DNA of 64,000 nucleotides from an uncultured Alphaproteobacteria bacterium (GTDB lineage: Bacteria; Pseudomonadota; Alphaproteobacteria; Rs-D84). The translations under genes and the position numbers were made by a program. Of the stretch, positions 9,860-18,515 are shown in pieces. The stretch spans positions 41,890 through 105,889 of the forward strand of contig CAMHTQ010000004.1 of assembly GCA_946188105.1 (NCBI GenBank). The letters are read 5' to 3'. Numbering within the stretch: position 1 is the first letter of the stretch; each line of letters opens with the position of its first letter. The notes beneath the pieces were generated by a model that did not search any database, had not been told where the DNA came from, and worked only from the letters and a program-made list of their open reading frames with translations.

Positions 9860-10705
9860 TTATTCTTCATTAGTAGAAATCACCAAAACCAAATTTCCTT
9901 TATAGAACTTTGCATATGGCACAGGTGTTGCGCGTCCAAAATTACGAACCAGCGCAGATGCAACATCGGTAAAGCGACCTTTGAACACGGCACTTGCCTC
10001 GATTGGATATTCACGGGATGTTGCCCAAACCAAATCCCAACCTTCTTTATCACACCAACTTTGCAAAACCTCGCGCAGGGTTTGACCGTTTGCAACAACC
10101 CAAGAACGCACTTGATCTGTGGCGCCCTTTGGTGCCTCGGCATCAGAATCAGATTTCACAGCAATTTCAGCCATATCTTTTTCTGAATCCATTTCCATAA
10201 ATGCGGCATCCATGGCACCATTACGTTTTGTGCAATTTTTACGACCACTGCGAGAAACAGCCAAAACATTACCGCCATCATCTTCTAAAACCTCGCGACG
10301 TAACAAAGGCATTTCAGCACCATTTTCGCATTCATCATCAAATCCCATTGGAATTTGATTACCGTGCAACATATTGGCACCACCCGTCCATCCAGTTCCA
10401 TCAAAATCAAAACTGTTATCAACAATCATATCATCCCCGATTTTAGAAACGATACGGATTGAATCCCCGTTATTGACCTTGTCTTTGTCATCACATTTTA
10501 CGGTAACATCGGCATCAGAGCCCGCGATTGGCCACGCAGGAACATTAGCATAAGCCGCAGTTTCCACAGTAACCTGATCCTTGTTCTCTACCTGGGTTTG
10601 TTTAGTAAAAACCTCAGAAGTTGTAACCTGGGGTAAATATTCGCCGGCAAAACAATAGCCAGCAGCCGTTGCAAACATTGCAAAAATCAAAAACTTACGA
10701 AACAT
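9860..10705 (-). CDS. Secreted secretin-associated protein with a C-terminal TcpQ/STN-like domain (a PilL/TcpQ-like partner)
   Basis: Signal peptide. The C-terminal ..GQTLREVLQSWCDKEGWDLVW...YPIEASAVFKGRFTDVASALVRNF.. matches the secretin-associated STN/TcpQ pattern. It sits 8 bp upstream of the secretin gene. Confidence 0.5.
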   Translation of the reverse strand: MFRKFLIFAMFATAAGYCFAGEYLPQVTTSEVFTKQTQVENKDQVTVETAAYANVPAWPIAGSDADVTVKCDDKDKVNNGDSIRIVSKIGDDMIVDNSFDFDGTGWTGGANMLHGNQIPMGFDDECENGAEMPLLRREVLEDDGGNVLAVSRSGRKNCTKRNGAMDAAFMEMDSEKDMAEIAVKSDSDAEAPKGATDQVRSWVVANGQTLREVLQSWCDKEGWDLVWATSREYPIEASAVFKGRFTDVASALVRNFGRATPVPYAKFYKGNLVLVISTNEE

Positions 10706-10871
10706 TTAAATGTCCTTTCTTTCAATCTAGATACCTATATTATAACAATTTGACCGAATCTGTGCAAGACTAAAAAACACATATTTTATTGTTTTTATTT
10801 TCTTTCTATAAAAACATACGAATCGCAAAAATGTATGCTATACTTACATTGACAAACACAGGAGTTTTAAC

Positions 10872-11414
10872 ATGGAAACCATAATTATTTTATCTTTGAC
10901 CGCATTAATTTTCATAGTTGCCGTTGCAACATTTGTGATAATCCACAATCAAAACACAAAAATTGCAAATATCAGCAACACATTAACCTTTCAATACAAT
11001 ATGATTATGAAAATCCAATCTGTGTTAAAAAGTAAAGATGCCACAAACGCTGTTGCCGAACACGCAGAAATTGTCTATTCAGATTTATTGCAAAATTTGA
11101 TTCCAATTATGGCTGCGATTGACACTATGCCACGCAACACGACCGAGCATCCATTATGGCGTGCATTGGGTGGAATTATGGATGAATATGCCAAAAACCC
11201 ATTTACTTTGGAAAAACTCCGCCGCAGTATAAAACTGGATAACAACATTGCACAAAACGTCAATAATTACATCACACGTGCAAACAGATTATTACAGTAT
11301 TTAACAACCACAGAACCTGATGGAATATTGACATCGACATTTACAGACGGACTTTTGGGACAATCCTTAACATTTTTCAGTCAGGCACAACAATTAGCAG
11401 AAAACGGTGATTAA
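10872..11414 (+). CDS. Hypothetical membrane-anchored protein, translationally coupled to sufB
   Basis: One N-terminal TM helix. Its stop lies 2 nt before the sufB start. Confidence 0.45.
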   Translation: METIIILSLTALIFIVAVATFVIIHNQNTKIANISNTLTFQYNMIMKIQSVLKSKDATNAVAEHAEIVYSDLLQNLIPIMAAIDTMPRNTTEHPLWRALGGIMDEYAKNPFTLEKLRRSIKLDNNIAQNVNNYITRANRLLQYLTTTEPDGILTSTFTDGLLGQSLTFFSQAQQLAENGD

Positions 11415-11416
11415 AT

Positions 11417-12742
11417 TTGAAACTAAATCCCAAACTCATTCGTGAAATATCCGCCACCCGCCAAGAACCAAAATGGTTAACTGATTGGCGTCTGGCCGCA
11501 TTTAACGAATGGAAAAAAATGAAAGAACCACATTGGGCTGAAATAGATTATGAACCAATTGATTATGATTCTTTTGATTATTACGCATCTCAAAAAGAAA
11601 TTGATAATTCTGAACTGGCTGACACATACAAAAAAATGGGGTTGCCAGAACCCGAACAACGTGCACTGCTGGGCATGGCAACTGACACCGTCATAGACAG
11701 CAAATCTGTTCACACATCATATACTGACGAATTATCAAAACTGGGAATTATATTTTTACCATTTTCCCAGGCGGTTATCCAATATCCCGATTTGGTAAAA
11801 AAATATCTGGGAACGGTTGTACCAACAAACGACAACTTTTTCGCTGCATTAAATTCTGCGGTATTTTCAGACGGAACATTTGTGTATATTCCGAAAAACA
11901 CAAAATGTCCTATTGATTTGGCCAGCTATTTCAGAATAGAAACTGCAAAAATAGGACAATTTGAACGCACACTGATTATCGCAGATTGCGGTTCCGAATT
12001 ACAATATATGGAGGGATGCAGTGCACCCCGTCGTCCAAATCACCAATTACACAGTGGGGTTGTTGAAATTGTTGTATTGGATAATGCACATGTAAAATAT
12101 TCAACTGTGCAAAATTGGTATGCTGGGAAAACATCTGGTGACAAATCTGTGGGTGGCATTTTAAACTTTGTAACCAAACGTGGAAAATGTGAAAATAATG
12201 CGACACTTGATTGGACACAAATTGAAATTGGTTCTGCAAAAACATGGAAATACCCATCTACAATTTTAGCCGGAAACAATGCACATAGCGACTTTTACTC
12301 ATTAACAATAACACGTGGCGTTCAACAATCAGACACCGGTACAAAAATGATACACATTGGCAATAATACTGTATCAAATATTTTGTCATACGGTATTGCA
12401 TTGGGTAAATCAAATCAAACATTTCGCAGTATGGTAAATTTCACCGGTAAAAATTGTATTAACAATTCAAAGTGCGACACAACAATAATCGGCAAAACCG
12501 CATCGGCAAATACAATACCAACAATCATACATACAAACGATACAAACAAACAATCGCACGAGGCAAAAACAGGTGCCATAGATTCTGCCACCCTATTCTT
12601 TTTAGAACAATCTGGAATTGACACCGACCAAGCAATTGCATTAATCATCGGCGCAACAGCAAATCCAATTATATCTAGATTACCGATGGAATTCTTGGTA
12701 GAATCGAAACAACTGATTCAAATGGCAATAAACAAGGAATAA
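11417..12742 (+). CDS. sufB: Fe-S cluster assembly protein SufB
   Basis: ..RQEPKWLTDWRL.AFNEW..MKEPHW.. N-terminal region and the ..KYSTVQNWY.. motif of SufB. Confidence 0.85.
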   Translation: MKLNPKLIREISATRQEPKWLTDWRLAAFNEWKKMKEPHWAEIDYEPIDYDSFDYYASQKEIDNSELADTYKKMGLPEPEQRALLGMATDTVIDSKSVHTSYTDELSKLGIIFLPFSQAVIQYPDLVKKYLGTVVPTNDNFFAALNSAVFSDGTFVYIPKNTKCPIDLASYFRIETAKIGQFERTLIIADCGSELQYMEGCSAPRRPNHQLHSGVVEIVVLDNAHVKYSTVQNWYAGKTSGDKSVGGILNFVTKRGKCENNATLDWTQIEIGSAKTWKYPSTILAGNNAHSDFYSLTITRGVQQSDTGTKMIHIGNNTVSNILSYGIALGKSNQTFRSMVNFTGKNCINNSKCDTTIIGKTASANTIPTIIHTNDTNKQSHEAKTGAIDSATLFFLEQSGIDTDQAIALIIGATANPIISRLPMEFLVESKQLIQMAINKE

Positions 12743-12747
12743 TAAAA

Positions 12748-13422
12748 ATGCTGGAAATAAAAGATTTATCTGTATCAATCAATGACAAAATCTTGCTAGA
12801 CAATATCAGTTTATCTGTTAAACGCGGTGCGCGTCATTTATTATCAGGTCATAATGGTTCTGGCAAATCAACATTGGTTCAAACAATTGCAGGCAACCCA
12901 GAATACCAAGTAAAATCTGGTACAATTATTTTTGATAACAATGACATAACAAACGAATCCGTAACACGTCGTGCATTACTGGGAATATTTTTAGGTTCAC
13001 AAAATGTACCCGAAATTCCGGGTTTATCTGTTTTAAGTTTTTTGAAACATTCTATTGCTGCCCACACGCATTTTGATACAGGTCGTGAATTATCCATGGC
13101 AGAATTTTTAGAATCTTTAGAATCTGCACGAACAAATTTGAATATTCCAAAAGATTGGTTAAACCGCAGTATAAATGTCGGTTTTTCTGGTGGTGAACGC
13201 AAACGTTTAATGTTGTTGCAACTGGTTATGACTAAACCAAAACTTGCAATATTGGACGAACCAGATTCCGGTGCAGATGCACAAACACAACAACAAATTG
13301 CCGATACAATTAAACAGATGCGTGACACAACATTTATATTTATCAGCCACCAAAAAAAATTCACAGATTTGGTTAATCCAACATCTGTCACAACATTGGA
13401 TAAAGGTAAAATAACAGATTAA
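12748..13422 (+). CDS. sufC: Fe-S cluster assembly ATPase SufC
   Basis: ABC ATPase with Walker A GHNGSGKST, an LSGGERKR signature, and the SufC-like pattern. Confidence 0.85.
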   Translation: MLEIKDLSVSINDKILLDNISLSVKRGARHLLSGHNGSGKSTLVQTIAGNPEYQVKSGTIIFDNNDITNESVTRRALLGIFLGSQNVPEIPGLSVLSFLKHSIAAHTHFDTGRELSMAEFLESLESARTNLNIPKDWLNRSINVGFSGGERKRLMLLQLVMTKPKLAILDEPDSGADAQTQQQIADTIKQMRDTTFIFISHQKKFTDLVNPTSVTTLDKGKITD

Positions 13423-13469
13423 CAAAATCGTGCTATATGCATGAATACAAAGCACTAAGGAGAGAAACA

Positions 13470-14516
13470 ATGATGAACGGAATAATTGTTTTTACAGGAC
13501 TGGTCATACTGTTATGGTTTGGTCGTTCTATACTAATTCCATTATTAGTTGCAATATTTTTATGGTATTTAATAAATGCTATTGCTGCATATTTTCGTAA
13601 AATATTACCATTTAATTATTGTAAAAAAACATGCCCTGTATTTTGGCCTGGCTTTTTCAATGTAATATCTATATTACTTGCCACATCCAGTTTAACGTAT
13701 TTATTTTATGCATTTGCGACACAAATAAATCCTATGTTTTCAGAATTGGTTGGACGCATTCCAGAAATTCAAACCAAACTGATAAACATCAGTACCTATG
13801 CAATGCATCAACTAGGATTAACATTTGATATAAATATGTTCCCAGATTTGACCGACATTGTGAAAAAGGTTGGAACCTCCGCTGCTAACTTGGCAACGTC
13901 CCTGGGTATGATTTTGATATACATCTTATTCTTATTCGTAGAACAAAGTACATTCCATAAAAAGATGGATAATTTATTCGAGACAAAATCAAAAACTAAA
14001 AAATTCAAATTTATGTTGGACAGTTTCAACAAGAATATGAAAAAGTATCTGTTTGTTAAAACAGTTATCGCCGCTGCAACTGGAATCGGCGCATATATTT
14101 GGTTAAATATTATTGGATTAGAATTTGCTGGTGTATGGGCATTTTTGGTATTTATCATGAATTACATACCAACAATCGGTTCAATTGTCGCATGTGCATT
14201 ACCAATTCTATATGCATTGATTTCGGGTGATTCTTTGAATTTACCACTTTTGACAGCTGGCGGTTTAATTATTTTAGAAATCATATTTGGAAATATTTTA
14301 GATCCAAAATTAATGGGAAAAACATTAAACCTGTCAACATTAGCAATCTTAATAAACCTGGTATTCTGGGGATTATTGTGGGGAATCGCAGGTATGTTTT
14401 TCAGCGTACCAATTTTGGCGGCAATATTTATCATCACCGCACAATTTGATTCAACCCGTTGGATTGCAGTATTGCTTTCCGCTGATGGACAAATTCCAGA
14501 AAAAACCGAAGATTAA
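13470..14516 (+). CDS. AI-2E family transporter (PerM/UPF0118)
   Basis: Eight-TM profile ending in the ..FSVPILAAIFII.. C-terminal core. Start placed at the ATG after the GGAGAG RBS. The ORF track start at 13437 is the alternative. Confidence 0.7.
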   Translation: MMNGIIVFTGLVILLWFGRSILIPLLVAIFLWYLINAIAAYFRKILPFNYCKKTCPVFWPGFFNVISILLATSSLTYLFYAFATQINPMFSELVGRIPEIQTKLINISTYAMHQLGLTFDINMFPDLTDIVKKVGTSAANLATSLGMILIYILFLFVEQSTFHKKMDNLFETKSKTKKFKFMLDSFNKNMKKYLFVKTVIAAATGIGAYIWLNIIGLEFAGVWAFLVFIMNYIPTIGSIVACALPILYALISGDSLNLPLLTAGGLIILEIIFGNILDPKLMGKTLNLSTLAILINLVFWGLLWGIAGMFFSVPILAAIFIITAQFDSTRWIAVLLSADGQIPEKTED

Positions 14517-14535
14517 AAAATATTCTATATGCATT

Positions 14536-14563
14536 AAATCCGCCATTTTGGCGGATTTTTTAT
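14536..14563. terminator. Bidirectional rho-independent terminator
   Basis: Hairpin aaatccgcc-atttt-ggcggattt followed by a T-run, between convergent genes. Confidence 0.6.
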
Positions 14564-15006
14564 TGTCTTTTAATCATTGAAATTGCATTTTCTAAAATAA
14601 CACGTGCAGATTCAGAATCTAACTTTTGTTTAATATCATCCCTGCGAACACGTCCCATTGATTCTTGTGCAACAGTGGATGTTAAATATTCATCTAACAA
14701 ACAAACAGGAATATCAACAATATTTAATAATTCATCAACACAAGTTCTAACAAACGTTGCCGTCTCTGATTCTGTTCCATCACCATGCAATGGTATTCCA
14801 AACACCACCCCAACAACTTTTTCATTTTTAACCAAATCAGCAATTTGCTGAGGAATCGTTTTATTTTTCTCTGGATTTATAACCGGACGCACAAACACCA
14901 TTTGACGAGATTCATCAGTTATTGCAATTCCTGTACGTTTGGCACCCCAATCGACCCCTAAAACCCGTCCTTTTACGGGAAAATCCTTGAAATCAGGCAA
15001 AAGCAT
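14560..15006 (-). CDS. ruvX: Holliday-junction resolvase-like RNase RuvX (YqgF)
   Basis: ..GRVLGVDWGAKRTGIAI.. N-terminus, ~150 aa, RNase H-like YqgF. Confidence 0.85.
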   Translation of the reverse strand: MLLPDFKDFPVKGRVLGVDWGAKRTGIAITDESRQMVFVRPVINPEKNKTIPQQIADLVKNEKVVGVVFGIPLHGDGTESETATFVRTCVDELLNIVDIPVCLLDEYLTSTVAQESMGRVRRDDIKQKLDSESARVILENAISMIKRQ

Positions 15007-15075
15007 TGTATAATTCCTTTACTTTTTAAATGATATAATGCCAATTAACATTTAGCAAGTATAAAAGGACTAAAA

Positions 15076-15384
15076 ATGCAACACACAATCACACAACAAG
15101 TTTCAATTACGGCATGCAATACATGTATGGTTCCTGTGGATATTAACCACACATCCGAATACGTGGATTATCAAATAGAAATGTACCGTACAAGTAATGG
15201 CTTAGAGATTGGTGCATTAAATAAATACAATGGCAAATTTTCATATCAAATAGGAAGTTGTGTTAATATTATTCCCCACCTGGTTGCCGACCCCAGATAT
15301 ACAGCATCTCCTGTATTCAGAAATATCATCAATGATAAATTTTTACAAGAATATATTGCTCTGCAACGCAGACAACCCAGATAA
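15076..15384 (+). CDS. Hypothetical protein
   Basis: 102-aa ORF with a plausible RBS. I recognise no family. Confidence 0.4.
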   Translation: MQHTITQQVSITACNTCMVPVDINHTSEYVDYQIEMYRTSNGLEIGALNKYNGKFSYQIGSCVNIIPHLVADPRYTASPVFRNIINDKFLQEYIALQRRQPR

Positions 15385-15465
15385 AAGTTTTATTTTCAGG
15401 TAATTCCTTGAAATTAAACAAAATAATAGTATAATTCATCTGCTTGAAAAAACATAGGATTGAAA

Positions 15466-15762
15466 ATGGCATTTAGTAAACAACAATTACGAAAATTCGC
15501 AGATTTAATTAAAATTGAAATCTCTGACGAAAAACTGGAACAAATGAATATCGACTCTGTGGTTGATTGGTTGGACAAATTACAAAAAATTGATACCAAG
15601 GGTGTTGAACCATTATTAAATCCATCAGAACACGACTTACCAATGCGTGCCGATGTTGTAACAGATGGAAATATTCGTGATAAAATTTTAGCAAACTCAC
15701 CTGACAAGGCGGGTGTTTCACGTGGATACTTTGCGGTTCCCAAAGTTATGGATGGCGATTAA
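15466..15762 (+). CDS. gatC: Asp-tRNA(Asn)/Glu-tRNA(Gln) amidotransferase subunit C
   Basis: ~98 aa, ..DKLQKIDTKGVEPL.. GatC pattern. It precedes gatA and gatB. Confidence 0.85.
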   Translation: MAFSKQQLRKFADLIKIEISDEKLEQMNIDSVVDWLDKLQKIDTKGVEPLLNPSEHDLPMRADVVTDGNIRDKILANSPDKAGVSRGYFAVPKVMDGD

Positions 15763-15774
15763 AGGAACAACTCA

Positions 15775-16452
15775 ATGGTAAAGAAACACAAAATCCATGA
15801 TCCAATGAAGACAGTAAGTGATACTGTTATGTGTGGCGCTGTTACAAAAAAAAGAACACGCAAAGAAAAACGCACCAAACGTCTGTTGGATTTGAATACC
15901 AAATATTGCCAATTATCCGATAAAATGATTGCTGAATGGAATCAGATAAAACATGATTTTCCATCACGCAAAGACGGTGAACCTATATCGCCCGAGGAAG
16001 AAAAATTCAACAAGGAATTTCATCAGATATTTAATAAATATAAAAAGAAATTAAATGAATTGAATGCAGAATCCAACGCAATATTTTTGATTGAAAACAA
16101 TATTGCACGTCGTGGAAAACCTTTGCATGCTGATACTGCAATTAAAAAATTGGAAAAAATGCAAAAGCGTGGCAGTATAAAAGCCGCTGTGCTAAAATTC
16201 GAAATTGAACGCAGCGAATTTCAAGAAGATTTATCGTTTCCAGCACAGGCTGAACACAACCTGCACTATTATTTGTATATAAATTATGGTGTCACATTAT
16301 TGAATGCCAGCACATACAAATATTGCCAAAGCAAAATTACAACATACAAATCATTTGGTAAATATGGCAACCCAGAATTACGTCATTGGCAAAATTTTGC
16401 AAAGAAATTTCATGCTGCCATCATCAATGCTGCAAATGTAAAAGGAAAGTAA
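15775..16452 (+). CDS. Hypothetical basic protein inserted between gatC and gatA, with an NLS-like basic tract
   Basis: Starts 12 bp after gatC. N-terminal KKRTRKEKRTKR cluster and coiled-coil-like composition. I recognise no family. Confidence 0.5.
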   Translation: MVKKHKIHDPMKTVSDTVMCGAVTKKRTRKEKRTKRLLDLNTKYCQLSDKMIAEWNQIKHDFPSRKDGEPISPEEEKFNKEFHQIFNKYKKKLNELNAESNAIFLIENNIARRGKPLHADTAIKKLEKMQKRGSIKAAVLKFEIERSEFQEDLSFPAQAEHNLHYYLYINYGVTLLNASTYKYCQSKITTYKSFGKYGNPELRHWQNFAKKFHAAIINAANVKGK

Positions 16453-16453
16453 T

Positions 16454-16831
16454 ATGGCAAAAAAGTCGAATGTACACTTAAAAACAGTTGAACACATCTA
16501 TGGATTGTCTGGTGCGCAGCCATGTGGTCATTTATCTGCTGATGAAATGAATGATTTAATTGAACAAATCAAAAATGCAAAAATTCCATTTGAATCTTGC
16601 ATAATATCAATGTCTGTCGATTTGTCACAATATTTCTGCAATATGAAAATATTCAAACTGGCATCCAAATCAGAACATTTAACAATCAACCTTAACACAT
16701 GCAAAAAATGTGGGATACATAAACAAATACATTGTCCAAAACAAATTGCATCAGGTAAATGCCAAGAAGAAATTGTGATAGATTTAATTGGCAAAAAATT
16801 ATTCGCTGACAAATATAACCAAGGAAAATAG
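16454..16831 (+). CDS. Hypothetical Cys/His-rich small protein, possibly zinc-ribbon-like, inserted between gatC and gatA
   Basis: Starts 1 bp after the preceding ORF and ends 11 bp before gatA. Contains C..H, CKKC..HC..C motifs. Confidence 0.5.
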   Translation: MAKKSNVHLKTVEHIYGLSGAQPCGHLSADEMNDLIEQIKNAKIPFESCIISMSVDLSQYFCNMKIFKLASKSEHLTINLNTCKKCGIHKQIHCPKQIASGKCQEEIVIDLIGKKLFADKYNQGK

Positions 16832-16842
16832 GAAGAAAAAAA

Positions 16843-18312
16843 ATGATTGATTTAACAATAGTTGAAGCATTGAAAAAACTAAAAGCACGCGAAATATCCG
16901 CAACAGAATTGACACGTGCGCATCTTTCCCGTATTGAAAAATTCGGGTCTGAATTAAATTGCTATATTACAACAACACCTGAACGTGCATTATCCGATGC
17001 GGCGGCGGCGGATGCTCGTTATGCGTCTGGCGAAGCAAAAGTTTTAGACGGTATTCCAATTGCGATGAAGGATTTATTTGCGACATGTGGAATTCGCACA
17101 ACGGCTGCATCACGCATGCTGGAAAATTTTGTTCCAGAATATGAATCAACAATTTCACAAAAATATATTGATGCCGGAACAGTATTGTTGGGCAAGGCAA
17201 ACTTGGACGAATTTGCAATGGGCACGTTTTCTAAAACTTCCTATTTTGGTGCTCCTGTCAGTCCTTGGCAACGTGAACGTCGCTTGACCGCTGGTGGTTC
17301 ATCTGGCGGAACAACATCGGCTGTGGCGGGCGGTCTTGCAATGGGCGGAACCGGAACCGATACTGGTGGTTCGATTCGTTTTCCTGCATCCATTACTGGA
17401 TTAGTTGGTGTAAAACCAACATATGGTTTGTGTTCTCGTTGGGGTTGTGTTGCATTCGCATCCAGTTTAGATACCCCAGGTCCAATCGCACGTACTGTTG
17501 ATGATGCTGCATTGTTATTATCAATTATGGCGGGACATGATCCAAAAGATTCAACCAGCAGCCCAAATCAAAATTTCCACGTCGACGGCGAATTAGAACC
17601 AATTTTGGGTAATGGAAAAAAATTGCGTATTGGTATAATCAAAGAATTCAAAGATGTTGAAATCTCGGCTGATATGAAACGAATATTCGATGCACGTGTT
17701 AACGATTTAAAATCTGCTGGTGCTGAAATTGTTGAGGTTTCAATTCCAAATATCCTTGATGCATTGGCGGCATATTACATTATCGCTCCGGCCGAGGCAT
17801 CATCAAACCTGGCACGTTATGACGGTGTTCGTTATGGTTTGCGTGTCGAAGGCAACGATATTTATGACACATATAAAAAGACACGTGCAGCTGGCTTTGG
17901 CGAAGAAGTCCAACGTCGTATGATTATCGGAACCGCTGTGTTATCTTCATCCTCATACGATGTATATTTCATGCAGGCAGCACGCGTTCGTCGTTTAATC
18001 GCAGATGCATTCAACCAAGCATTCGAACAATGCGATTTGATTGTATGCCCTGCTGGTGCAGGAACCGCAATGCCATTAGATTCTGATCTGACGCCATTGG
18101 AATATTACGCATTGGATTTATTCACCGTTGCAATGAATTTGGCTGGTATCCCAGCGGTGAGTACCCCTGCAGGACTGGCTGAAAACAAATTACCATTGGG
18201 TATGCAAGTTGTAGGAAAACGTTTTGATGATTTACGTACATTACAACTGGCAAAACATATCCAACAATTCAGTGGTGTTGATAATCGTCCAACAATAATA
18301 ATGGGGAAATAA
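16843..18312 (+). CDS. gatA: Glutamyl-tRNA(Gln) amidotransferase subunit A
   Basis: Amidase signature ..GGSSGG..GTDTGGSIR... Confidence 0.9.
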   Translation: MIDLTIVEALKKLKAREISATELTRAHLSRIEKFGSELNCYITTTPERALSDAAAADARYASGEAKVLDGIPIAMKDLFATCGIRTTAASRMLENFVPEYESTISQKYIDAGTVLLGKANLDEFAMGTFSKTSYFGAPVSPWQRERRLTAGGSSGGTTSAVAGGLAMGGTGTDTGGSIRFPASITGLVGVKPTYGLCSRWGCVAFASSLDTPGPIARTVDDAALLLSIMAGHDPKDSTSSPNQNFHVDGELEPILGNGKKLRIGIIKEFKDVEISADMKRIFDARVNDLKSAGAEIVEVSIPNILDALAAYYIIAPAEASSNLARYDGVRYGLRVEGNDIYDTYKKTRAAGFGEEVQRRMIIGTAVLSSSSYDVYFMQAARVRRLIADAFNQAFEQCDLIVCPAGAGTAMPLDSDLTPLEYYALDLFTVAMNLAGIPAVSTPAGLAENKLPLGMQVVGKRFDDLRTLQLAKHIQQFSGVDNRPTIIMGK

Positions 18313-18326
18313 AGAGTATAAAAAAA

Positions 18327-18402
18327 TGGTGGCCAGAAGTGGAATCGAACCACTGACACAGGGATTTTCAGTCCCTTGCTCTACCAACTGAGCTATCTGG
18401 CC
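18327..18402 (-). tRNA. tRNA-Phe (GAA)
   Basis: 76-nt cloverleaf GGCCAGATAGCTCAGTTGGTAGAGCAAGGGACTGAAAATCCCTGTGTCAGTGGTTCGATTCCACTTCTGGCCACCA. Anticodon GAA, encoded CCA. Confidence 0.9.
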
Positions 18403-18515
18403 ATCCGTGAGAAGCATAATATAGTATAAAATTCTAAAAAGCAAGAAAAAATATATTTAATCTTGCAAAAGGTGTGTTAAAATAAGGTATAAACAAAAGT
18501 ATAAAGGGTAAAAAA

